From NCBI RefSeq assembly GCF_009914755.1, contig NC_060933.1: a stretch of DNA of 64,000 bases; one strand, 5' to 3'. The translations under genes were made by a program, and so were the position numbers. Source of the DNA: the human T2T-CHM13v2.0 reference genome, Homo sapiens. This document shows positions 52,301 to 64,000 of this stretch, one piece after another. The notes under the pieces are model-generated. The model was not told the DNA's origin and did no database searches. It saw only the letters and a list, made by a program, of their open reading frames with translations. Every line of letters starts with the position of its first letter. Position 1 is the stretch's first letter.

Positions 52301-55300
52301 ATTCCATTCCATTCCGTTCCGTTCCATTCCATTCCATTGCATTCCATTCCATTCCATTCCATTCCGTTCCTTTCCATTCCATTCCATTCCATTCTATTCG
52401 GGTTAATTCCATTCCATTCCATTCGATTACAATCGAGTTGATTCCATTCCATTGCATTCCATTCCATTCGATTCCATTCGATTGCACTCGGGTTGATTCC
52501 ATTCCATTGCATTCAATTCCATTCCATTCCATTCCATTCCATTCCATTCCGTTCCATTCCTTTCCATTACATTCGGATTGATTCTATTGAATTCCCTTAC
52601 ACTCCATTACATTCCATTCCATTCGGGTAGTTTCCACTCCATTCCATTCCATTTCTCTCCATTCCATTGCACTCGGGTTGATTCCATTCCATTGCATTCC
52701 ACTCCATTCGGGTAGTTTCCACTCCATTCCATTCCATTCCTCTCCATTCCATTGCACTCGGGTTGATTCCATTCCATTGCATTCCATTCCATTCCATTCA
52801 ATTCCATTCCTTTCCATTCCATTCCATTACATTCGGATTGATTCTATCCAACTCCCTTACTCTCCATTACATTCGATTCCATTCGGTTTGTTCCATTCCA
52901 TTCCATTCCACTCCATTCCATTGCACTCGGGTTGATTCCATTCCATTCCATTCCATTCCATTCCATAAGATTCCATTCCATTGCATTCCATTACATTCCA
53001 TTCCCCTGCACTCGCGTTGATTCCATTCCATTCCATTCCATTCCATTCCATTCCGTTCCGTTCGGTTCCATTCCATTCCATTCCATTCCATTCCGTTCCG
53101 TTCCATTCCATTCCATTCCATTCTATTCGGGTTAATTCCATTCCATTCCATTCGATTGCAATCGTGTTGATTCCATTCCATTCTATTCCATTCCATTCCT
53201 TTCCATTCCATTACGGATGATTCCATTCCATTGCATTCCATTCCATTCCATTCCCCTGTACTCGGGTTGATTCCATTCCATTGCATTCCAATCCATGCCC
53301 TTCCACTCGTGTTGATTCCATTCTTTCCATTCCATTCAAGTTGAATCCATTCCATTGCATTCCATTCCATTCGATTCCATTCGATTGCACTCAGGTTGAT
53401 TCCATTCCATTGCATTCCATTCCATTCAATTCCATTCCATTCCATTCCATTCCGTTCCATTCCATTCCATTACATTCGGATTGATTCTATTCAATTCCCT
53501 TACACTCCATGACATTCCATTCCATTCGGTAGTTTCCATTCCATTCCATTCCATTCCATTCCTTTCCGTTCCATTCCATTCCATTCCATTCCATTCCATT
53601 CCATTCCATTCCGTTCCATTCCGTTCCGTTCCGTTCCATTCCATTCCATTCCATTCTATTCGGGTTAATTCCATTCCATTCCATTCGACTGCCATCGAGT
53701 TGATTCCATTCCATTCCATTCCATTCCATTCCATTCCATTCCGTTCCGTTCCGTTCCATTCCATTCCATTCCATTCCATTCCATTCCGTTCCATTCCATT
53801 TCGTTCCATTCCATTATATTCTGTATCATTCCATTCCATTCCATTCCATTCCATTCCATTCCATTCCATTCCACTCGTGTTGATTCCATTCCTTTCCATT
53901 CCATTCGGTTTGAAGGCATTCCATTCCATTCCATTCCATTCCATTCCATTCCATTGTACTCGGGTTGATTGCATTCCATTGCATTCCATTCCGTTACATT
54001 CCATTCCATTACATTCGGATTGATTCTATTCAACTCCCTTACATTCCATTACATTCCATTCCATTCGGGTAGTTTCCACTCCATTCCATTCCATTTCTCT
54101 CCATTCCATTGCACTCGGGTTGATTCCATTCCATTGCATTCCATTCCATTCGGGTAGTTTCCACTCCATTCCATTCCATTCCTCTCCATTCCATTGTACT
54201 CGGGTTGATTCCATTCCATTGCATTCCATTCCATTCCATTCAATTCCATTCCGTTCCATTCCATTCCATTACATTCCATTACATTCGGATTGATTCTATT
54301 CATCTCCCTTACTCTCCATTACATTCCATTCCATTCGGGTTGTTCCATTCCATTCCATTCCATTCCACTCCATTCCATTGCACTCGGGTTTATTCCATTC
54401 CATTCCATTCCATTCCATTCCATTCCATTCCATTCCGGAAGATTCCATTCCATTGCATTCCATTCCATTCCATTCCCCTGCACTCGCGTTGATTCCATTC
54501 CATTCAATTCCATTCCATTCCATTCCATTCCATTCCTTTCCGTTCCATTCCATTCCATTCCATTCCGTTCCGTTCCGTTCCGTTCCGTTCCATTCCATTC
54601 CATTCCTTTCCGTTCCATTCCATTCCATTCCCTTCCATTCCATTCCATTCCATTCCGTTCCGTTCCCTTCCGTTCCGTTCCGTTCCATCCCATTCCATTC
54701 CATTCTATTCGGGTTAATTCCATTCCATTCCATTCGATTGCAATCGAGTTGATTCCATTCCATTGCATTCCATTCCATTCCATTCCATTCCATTCCATTC
54801 CGTTCCATTCCATTTCATTACATTCAGGTTGATTCTATTCAATTCCCTTACACTCCATTATATTCCAATCCATTCTGGTTGTCTCCATTCCATTCCATTC
54901 CATTTCACTCCATTCCATTGCACTCGGGTTGATTCCATTCCATTGTATTCCATTCCATTCCATTCCGGATGATTCCATTCCATTGCATTCCATTCCATTC
55001 CATTCAAGTTGAATCCATTCCATTGCATTCCTTTCCATTCGATTCCATTCGATTGCACTCGGGTTGATTCCATGGCATTGCATTCCATTCCATTCCATTC
55101 CATTCCATTCCATTCCATTCCATTACATTCGGATTGATTCTATTCAATTCCCTTACACTCCATTACATTCCATTCCATTCGGGATGTTTCCATTCCATTC
55201 CATTCCATTCCACTCCATTCCATTGCATCAGGTTGATTGCATTCCATTCCATTCCATTCCATTCCGGATAATTCCATTCCATTGCATTCCATTCCATTCC

Positions 55301-58300
55301 ATTCCCCAGCACTCGAATTGATTCCATTCCATTCCATTCCATTCCATTCCATTCCATTCCATTCCATTCCGTTCCATTCCCTTCCATTCCATTCTATTCC
55401 GGTTAATTCCATTCCATTCCATTCGATTCCATTCCATTCCATTGCAATCGAGTTGATTCCATTCCATTCCATTCCATTCCGTTCCGGATGATTCCATTCC
55501 ATTCCATTCCATTCCATTGCATTCCATTCCGCTGCAGTCGGGTTGATTCCATTCCATTCCATTCCATTCTGTTCAATTACTTTCCATTCCATTCTATTCG
55601 GGTTAATTCCATTCCATTCCATTCCATTCCATTCTATTCGGGTTAATTCCATTCCATTCCATTCCATTCCATTCCATTCCATTCCATTCTATTCCATTCC
55701 ATTGCAATCGAGTTGAATCCATTGCATTTCATTCCATTCCATTCCATTCCATTCCATTCCGGAAGATTCCATTCCATTGCATTCCATTCCATTCCATTCC
55801 CCTGCACTCGCGTTGATTCCATTCCATTCCATTCCATTCCATTCCATTCCGTTCCGTTCCGTTCCGTTCCATTCCATTCCATTCCATTCCATTCCATTCC
55901 GTTCCGTTCCATTCCATTCCATTCCATTCTATTCGGGTTAATTCCATTCCATTCCATTCGATTGCAATCGTGTTGATTCCATTCCATTCCATTCCATTCC
56001 ATTCCATTCCATTCCATTCCATTCTATTCCATTCCATTCCATTCCTTTCCATTCCATTACGGATGATTCCATTCCATTGCAATCCATTCCATTCCATTCC
56101 CCTGTACTCGGGTTGATTCCATTCCATTGCATTCCAATCCATGCCCTTCCACTCGTGTTGTTTCCATTCTTTCCATTCCGTTCAAGTTGAATCCATTCCA
56201 TTGCATTCCATTCCATTCGATTCCATTCGATTTCACTTGGGTTGATTCCATTCCATTGCATTCCATTCCATTCCATTCCATTCCATTCCGTTCCATTCCA
56301 TTCCATTACATTCGGATTGATTCTATTCAACTCCCTTACTCTCCATTACATTCCATTCCATTCGGGTTGTTCCATTCCATTCCATTCCATTCCACTCCAT
56401 TCCATTGGACTCGGGTTGATTCCATTCCATTGCATTCCATTCCATTCCATTCCATTCCATTCCGGAAGATTCCATTCCATTGCATTCCATTCCATTCCAT
56501 TCCCCTGCACTCGCGTTGATTCCATTCTATTCCATTCTATTCCATTCCATTCCCTTCCTTTCCGTTCCATTCCATTCCATTCCATTCCATTCCATTCCGT
56601 TCCGTTCCGTTCCATTCCATTCCATTCCATTCTATTCGGGTTAATTCCATTCCATTCCATTCGATTGCAATCGAGTTGATTCCATTCCATTCCATTCCAT
56701 TCCATTCCATTCCATTCCATTCCATTCCATTCCTTTCCATTCCATTACGGATGATTCCATTCCATTGCATTCCATTCCATTCCATTCCCCTGTACTCGGG
56801 TTGATTCCATTCCATTCCATTCCAATCCATGCCCTTCCACTCCTGTTGATTTCACTCTTTCCATTCCATTCTAGTTGAATCCATTCCATTGCATTCCATT
56901 CCATTCGATTCCATTCGATTGCACTCGGGTTGATTCCCTTCCATTGCATTCCATTCCATTCCATTCCATTCCATTCCATTCCGTTCCATTCCATTCCATT
57001 ACATTCGGATTGATTCTATTCAACTCCCTTACTCTCCATTACATTCGATTCCATTCGGGTTGTTCCATTCCATTCCATTCCATTCCACTCCATTCAATTG
57101 CAGTCGGGTTGATTCCATTGCATTCCATTCCATTCCGGAAGATTCCATTCCATTGCATTCCATTACATTCCATTCCCCTGCACTCGCGTTGATTCCATTC
57201 CTTTCCATTCCATTCCATTCCATTCCATTCCATTCCGTTCCATTCCATTCCATTCCATTCCATTCCATTCCGTTCCGTTCCATTCCATTCCATTCCATTC
57301 TATTCGGGTTAATTCCATTCCATTCCATTCCATTGCAATCGCGTTGATTCCATTCCATTCCATTCCATTCCATTCCATTCCATTCAATTCCATTCCGTTC
57401 CATTCCATTCCATTACATTCGGATTGATTCTATTCAACTCCCTTACTCTCCATTACATTCCATTCCATTCGGGTTGTTCCATTCCATTCCACTCCATTCC
57501 ACTCCATTCCATTGCACTCGGGTTTATTCCATTCCATTCCATTCCATTCCATTCCATTCCATTCCGGAAGATTCCATTCCATTGCCTTCCATTCCATTCC
57601 ATTCGCCTGCACTCGCGTTGATTCCACTCCATTCCATTCCATTCCATTCCATTCCATTCCATTCCATTCCTTTCCTTTCCGTTCCATTCCATTCCATTCC
57701 ATTCCATTCCGTTCCGTTCCGTTCCATTCTATTCCATTCCATTCTATTCGGTTTAATTCCATTCCATTCCATTCGATTGCAATCGAGTTGATTCCATTCC
57801 ATTCCATTCCATTCCATTCCATTCCATTCCATTCCATTCCGTTCCATTCCATTACGGATGATTCCATTCCATTGCATTCCATTCCATTCCATTCCCCTGT
57901 ACTCGGGTTGTTTCCATTCCATTCCATTCCATTCCATTCTATTCTATTCCATTCCATTCCATTCCGGAAGATTCCATTCCATTGCATTCCATTCCATTCC
58001 ATTCCCCTGCACTCGCGTTGATTCCATTCCATTCCATTCCATTCCATTCGGATCCGTTCCGTTCCATTCCATTCCATTCCATTCCATTCCGTTCCATTCC
58101 ATTCCATTCCATTCCATTCCATTCTATTCGGGTTAATTCCATTCCATTCCATTCAATTGCAATCGAGTTGATTCCATTCCATTCCATTCCATTCCATTCC
58201 ATTCCTTTCCATTACATTACGGATGATTCCATTCCATTTCATTCCATTCCATTCCATTCCCCTGTACTCGGGTTGATTCCATTCCATTTCATTCCAATCC

Positions 58301-61300
58301 ATGCCATTCCACTCGTGTTGATTCCATTTTTTCCATTCCATTCAAGTTGAATCCATTCCATGGCATTCCATTCCATTCGATTCCATTCGATTGCACTCGG
58401 GTTGATTCCATGGCATTGCATTCCATTCCATTCCATTGCATTCCATTCCTTTCCATTCCATTCCATTCCATTCCATTCGGATTCATTCTATTCAATTCCC
58501 TTACACTCCATTACATTCCATTCCATTCGTGTAGTTTCCATTCCATTCCATTCCATTCCTCTCCATTCCATTGCACTCGGGTTGATTCCATTCCAATCCA
58601 TTCCATTCCATTCCATTCCATTCCGGATGATTGCATTCCATTGAATTCCATTCCATTCCATTTCCCTGCACTTGGGTTGATTCCATTCCATTCCATTCCA
58701 TTCCTTTCTGTTCCATTCCATTCCATTCCATTCCATTCTATTCGTGTTAATTCCGTTCCATTCTATTCCATTCCATTCCATTGAAATCGAGTTGATTCCA
58801 TTCCATTCAATTCCATTCCATTCCATTCCATTCCATTCCATTCCGGATGATTTCATTCCATTGCATTCCATTCCATTCCATTCACCTGAACTCTGGTTGA
58901 TTCCATTCCATTCCATTCCATTACATTCCATTCCATTCCGTTCCATTTCATTCTATTCGGGTTAATTCCATTCCATTCCATTCCACTCCATTCCAGTCCT
59001 TTCCATTCCATTCCACTCGGGTTGATTCCATTCTATTCCTTTTAATTCCATTCCATTCCATTGCAATCGAGTGGATTCCATTCGAGTTGAATCCATTCCA
59101 TTCCATTCCATTCCATTCCATTGCACACGGGTTCACTCCATTCCATTCCATTCCATTCCATTCCATTCCATTCCATTCTATTCCATTTCATTCCATTCCA
59201 TTCTATTCCGTACCATTCCATTCCATCCCATTCCATTCCGTTCCATTCCATGCCATTACACTCGGGTTGATTCCATTCCTTTCCATTCCATTCTTGTTGA
59301 ATCCATTCCATTCCATTCCATTCCATTCCATTCGAATCCATTCCATTGCACTCGGGTTGATTCCATTCCATTCCATTCCATTCCATTTCATTCCATTCCA
59401 TTCCATTACATTCGGATTGATTCTATTCAATTCCCTTACACTCCATTACATTCCATTCCATTCGGGATGTTTCCATTCCATTCCATTCCATTCCACTCCA
59501 TTCCATTGCATCAGGTTGATTGCATTCCATTCCATTCCATTCCATTCCGGATGATTCCATTCCATTGCATTCCATTCCATTCCATTCCATTCCGTTCCGG
59601 ATGATTCCATTCCATTCCATTCCATTCCATTCCATTCCATTCCATTCCCCTGCAGTCGGGTTGATTCCATTTCATTCCATTCCATTCCATTCCATTCCAT
59701 TCCATTCCGTTCAATTCCATTCCATTCCATTCTATTCGGGTTAATTCCATTCCATTCCATTCCATTCCATTCTATTCGGGTTAATTCTATTCCATTCCAT
59801 TCCATTCCATTCCATTCTATTCCATTCCATTGCAATCGAGTTGAATCCATTGCATTTCATTCCATTCCATTCCATTCCATTCCATTCCATTCCATTCCGG
59901 AAGATTCCATTCCATTGCATTCCATTCCATTCCATTCCCCTGCACTCGCGTTGATTCCATTCCATTCCATTCCATTCCATTCCATTCCGTTCCGTTCCGT
60001 TCCGTTCCATTCCATTCCATTCCATTCCATTCCGTTCCGTTCCATTCCATTCCATTCCATTCTATTCGGGTTAATTCCATTCCATTCCATTCGATTGCAA
60101 TCGTGTTGATTCCATTCCATTCCATTCCATTCCATTCCATTCCATTCCATTCCATTCCTTTCCATTCCATTACGGATGATTCCATTCCATTGCATTCCAT
60201 TCCATTCCATTCCCCTGTACTCGGGTTGATTCCATTCCATTGCATTCCAATCCATGCCATTCCACTCGTATTGATTCCATTCTTTCCATTCCGTTCAAGT
60301 TGAATCCATTCCATTGCATTATATTCCATTCGATTCCCTTCGATTTCACTCGGGTTGATTCCATTCCATTGCATTCCATTCCATTCCATTCCATTCCATT
60401 CCATTCCATTCCATTCCGTTCCATTCCATTCCATTACATTCGGATTGATTCTATTCAACTCCCTTACTCTCCATTACATTCCATTCCATTCGGGTTGTTC
60501 CATTCCATTCCATTCCATTCCACTCCATTCCATTGGACTCGGGTTGATTCCATTCCATTCCATTCCATTCCATTCCATTCCATTCCGGAAGATTCCATTC
60601 CATTGCATTCCATTCCATTCCATTCCCCTGCACTCGCGTTGATTCCATTCTATTCCATTCTATTCCATTCCATTCCCTTCCTTTCCGTTCCATTCCGTTC
60701 CATTCCGTTCCGTTCCGTTCCATTCCATTCCACTCCATTCTATTCGGGTTAATTCCATTCCATTCCATTCGATTGCAATCGAGTTGATTCCATTCCATTC
60801 CATTCCATTCCATTCCTTTCCATTCCATTACGGATGATTCCATTCCATTGCATTCCATTCCATTCCATTCCCCTGTACTCGGGTTGATTCCATTCCATTC
60901 CATTCCAATCCATGCCCTTCCACTCGTGTTGATTCCATTCTTTCCATTCCATTCTAGTTGAATCCATTCCATTGCATTCCATTCCATTCGATTCCATTCG
61001 ATTGCACTCGGGTTGATTCCATTCCATTGCATTCCATTCCATTCCATTCCATTCCATTCCATTCCATTCCATTCCGTTCCATTCCATTCCATTACATTCG
61101 GATTGATTCTATTCAACTCCCTTACTCTCCATTACATTCGATTCCATTCGGGTTGTTCCATTCCATTCCATTCCATTCCACTCCATTCCATTGCACTCGG
61201 GTTGATTCCATTACATTCCATTCCATTCCGGAAGATTCCATTCCATTGCATTCCATTACATTCCATTCCCCTGCACTCGCGTTGATTCCATTCCTTTCCA

Positions 61301-64000
61301 TTCCATTCCATTCCATTCCATTCCATTCCATTCCTTTCCATTCCATTCCATTCCATTCCATTCCATTCCGTTCCGTTCCATTCCATTCCATTCCATTCTA
61401 TTCGGGTTAATTCCATTCCATTCCATTCCATTGCAATCGTGTTGATTCCATTCCATTCCATTCCATTCCATTCCATTCAATTCCATTCCGTTCCATTCCA
61501 TTCCATTACATTCGGATTGATTCTATTCAACTCCCTTACTCTCCATTACATTCCATTCCATTCGGGTTGTTCCATTCCATTCCATTCCATTCCATTCCAT
61601 TCCATTGCACTCGGGTTTATTCCATTCCATTCCATTCCATTCCATTCCATTCCATTCCATTCCGGAAGATTCCATTCCATTGCATTCCATTCCATTCAAT
61701 TCCCCTGCACTCGCGTTGATTCCACTCCATTCCATTCCATTCCATTCCATTCCATTCCATTCCATTCCATTCCATTCCGTTCCGTTCCGTTCCATTCTAT
61801 TCCATTCCATTCTATTCGGGTTAATTCCATTCCATTCCATTCGATTGCAATCGAGTTGATTCCATTCCATTCCTTTCCATTCCATTCCATTCCATTCCAT
61901 TCCATTCCTTTCCATTCCATTACGGATGATTCCATTCCATTGCATTCCATCCCATTCCATTCCCCTGTACTCGGGTTGATTCCATTCCATTCCATTCCAT
62001 TCCATTCTATTCCATTCCATTCCATTCCATTCCGGAAGATTCCATTCCATCGCATTCCATTCCATTCCATTCCCCTGCACTCGCGTTGATTCCATTCAAT
62101 TCCATTCCATTCCATTCCATTCCATTCCATTCCGATCCGTTCAATTCCATTCCATTCCATTCCATTCCATTCCGTTCCATTCCATTCCATTCCATTCCAT
62201 TCCATTCCATTCTATTCGGGTTAATTCCATTCCATTCCATTCAATTGCAATCAAGTTGATTCCATTCCATTCCATTCCATTCTATTCCATTCCTATCCAT
62301 TACATTACGGATGATTCCATTCCATTTCATTCCATTCCATTCCATTCCCCTATACTCGGGTTGATTCCATTCCATTCCATTCCAATCCATGCCATTCCAC
62401 TCGTGTTGATTCCTTTCTTTCCATTCCATTCAAGTTGAATCCATTCCGTTGCATTCCATTCCATTCGATTCCATTCGATTGCACTCGGGTTGATTCCATG
62501 GCATTGCATTCCATTCCATTCCATTCCATTCCATTCCATTCCTTTCCATTCCATTCCATTCGGATTCATTCTATTCAATTCCCTTACACTCCATTACATT
62601 CCATTACATTCGTGTAGTTTCCATTCCATTCCATTCCATTCCTCTCCATTCCATTGCACTCGGGTTGATTCCATTCCATTCCATTCCATTCCATTCCATT
62701 CCATTCCATTCCGGATGATTCCATTCCATTGAATTCCATTCCATTCCATTCCCCTGCACTTGGGTTGATTCCATTCCATTCCATTCCATTCCTTTCTGTT
62801 CCATTCCATTCCATTCTATTCGTGTTAATTCCGTTCCATTCTATTCCATTCCATTCCGTTGAAATCGAGTTGATTCCATTCCATTCAATTCCATTCCATT
62901 CCATTCCATTCCATTCCATTCCGGATGATTTCTTTCCATTGCATTCCATTCCATTCCATTCCCCTGCACTCTGGTTGATTCCATTCCATTCCACTCCATT
63001 ACATTCCATTCCATTCCGTTCCATTTCATTCTATTCGGGTTAATTCCATTCCATTCCATTCCACTCCATTCCAGTCCTTTCCATTCCATTCCACTCGGGT
63101 TGATTCCATTCTATTCCTTTTAATTCCATTCCATTCCATTGCAATCCAGTGGATTCCATTCGAGTTGAATCCATTCCATTCCATTCCATTCCATTCCATT
63201 GCACACGGGTTCATTCCATTCCATTCCATTCCATTCCATTCCATTCCATTCCATTCTATTCCATTTCATTCCATTGCATTCTATTCCGTACCATTCCATT
63301 CCATCCCATTCCATTCCGTTCCATTCCATGCCATTACACTCGGGTTGATTCCATTCCTTTCCATTCCATTCTTGTTGAAGCCATTCCATTCCATTCCATT
63401 CCATTCCATTCGAATCCATTCCATTGCACTCGGGTTGATTCCATTCCATTCCATTCCATTCCATTTCATTCCATTCCATTCCATTACATTCGGATTGATT
63501 CTATTCAATTCCCTTACACTCCATTACATTCCATTCCATTCGGGAAGTTTCCATTCCATTCCATTCCATTCCACTCCATTCCATTGCATCAGGTTGATTG
63601 CATTGCATTCCATTCCATTCTATTCCGGATGATTCCATTCCATTGCATTCCATTCCATTCCATTCCCCAGCACTCGAATTGATTCCATTCCATTCCATTC
63701 CATTCCATTCCATTCCATTCCGTTCCATTCCATTCCATTCCATTCTATTCCGGTTAATTCCATTCCATTCCATTCGATTCCATTCCATTCCATTCCATTC
63801 CATTGCAATAGAGTTGATTCCATTCCATTCCATTCCATTCCGTTGCGGATGATTCCATTCCATTCCATTCCATTCCATTCCATTCCATTCCATTCCATTC
63901 CATTCCGTTCAATTCCATTCCATTCCGTTCTATTCGGGTTAATTCCATTCCATTCCATTCCATTCCATTCCATTCTATTCCATTCCATTGCAATCGAGTT
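49387..64000 (+). repeat. HSat3 block 5, CATTC on + strand, >=14.6 kb (domain B), runs off the window
   Basis: CATTC orientation from the 49388 switch to the end of the window. Confidence 0.95.
55121..64000 (+). repeat. Diverged higher-order tandem repeat with units of 4283 and 4078 bp; third unit truncated by the window end
   Basis: Unit starts at 55121, 59404 and 63482. Markers cggga(t/a)gtttcc...tgcatcaggttgattgc are in all three units. cattggactcgg, ctagttgaa, gatccgtt, cgtgtagtttcc and cttgttgaa are in units 1 and 2. ORF 59071..59604 ~ 63149..63682. Confidence 0.85.

Larger units (their letters stand above)
1..64000. repeat. Human Satellite 3 (HSat3/SatIII) pericentromeric array, (CATTC)n with ACTCGGGTTG/AATCGAGTTG decamers
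   Basis: Continuous CATTC/GGAAT pentamer throughout, interrupted every ~50-100 bp by TGCACTCGGGTTGATTCC, GCAATCGAGTTG and CTATTCGGGTTAATTCC. This is the classical Sat3 signature. The CATTCGATTC/GATGAT-dominated HSat2 pattern is not the main period. No unique sequence seen. Confidence 0.97.

Noticed and set aside
7-63993. Hundreds of ORFs (up to 436 aa at 14383..15693) encoding MEWNG or IPFHS repeats
   Set aside because: Three pentamers make 15 nt, which gives the same stop-free pentapeptide in all three frames, with an ATG every 5 bp on the G strand. ORFs overlap on all six frames, duplicated copies frameshift freely (458..1006 vs 21642..21986), and no domain or gene structure is evident.
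1-64000. CRISPR-like alternation of conserved motifs and spacers
   Set aside because: The 'spacers' are the pentamer repeat itself, with no unique sequence, constant length or cas genes.
1-64000. Alu/L1/alpha-satellite or other inserted elements
   Set aside because: No non-satellite stretch longer than a few tens of bp, no poly(A) tail, no target-site duplication and no 171-bp monomer seen.
1-64000. Assignment to a specific chromosome or HSat3 subfamily (e.g. chr9q12 or acrocentric arms)
   Set aside because: The decamer content and inversions are compatible with several loci, so mapping to a complete assembly is required.

Overview
The whole 64 kb window is one classical human (or great-ape) Satellite 3 array (HSat3/SatIII): diverged (CATTC)n/(GGAAT)n pentamers with the diagnostic A(C/T)TCGGGTTG-type decamer and other short marker motifs. 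I see no credible protein-coding gene, RNA gene or interspersed transposon. The ORFs in the track (MEWNG../IPFHS.. peptides) are artefacts of the 5-bp period. The interest is in the internal architecture. (1) There are four strand switches (~4285, ~7654, ~25474, ~49388), all in or at the decamer motif. (2) A near-identical >=5.26 kb duplication (1-5261 = 21185-26450) carries an inversion junction, and at 5261 it switches to an apparently exact 442-bp inverted copy of 3007-3448. (3) Nested duplications occur at 50 bp, 299 bp, 1060 bp, ~3.6 kb and ~4.1-4.3 kb. (4) Two sequence-variant domains are arranged B-A|A-B around the 25474 switch. (5) About 30 perfect three-unit heat-shock elements (TTCnnGAAnnTTC) are confined to one of the two domains. 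All comparisons were made by eye and with ORF-track offsets. The chromosome of origin cannot be assigned from this window.
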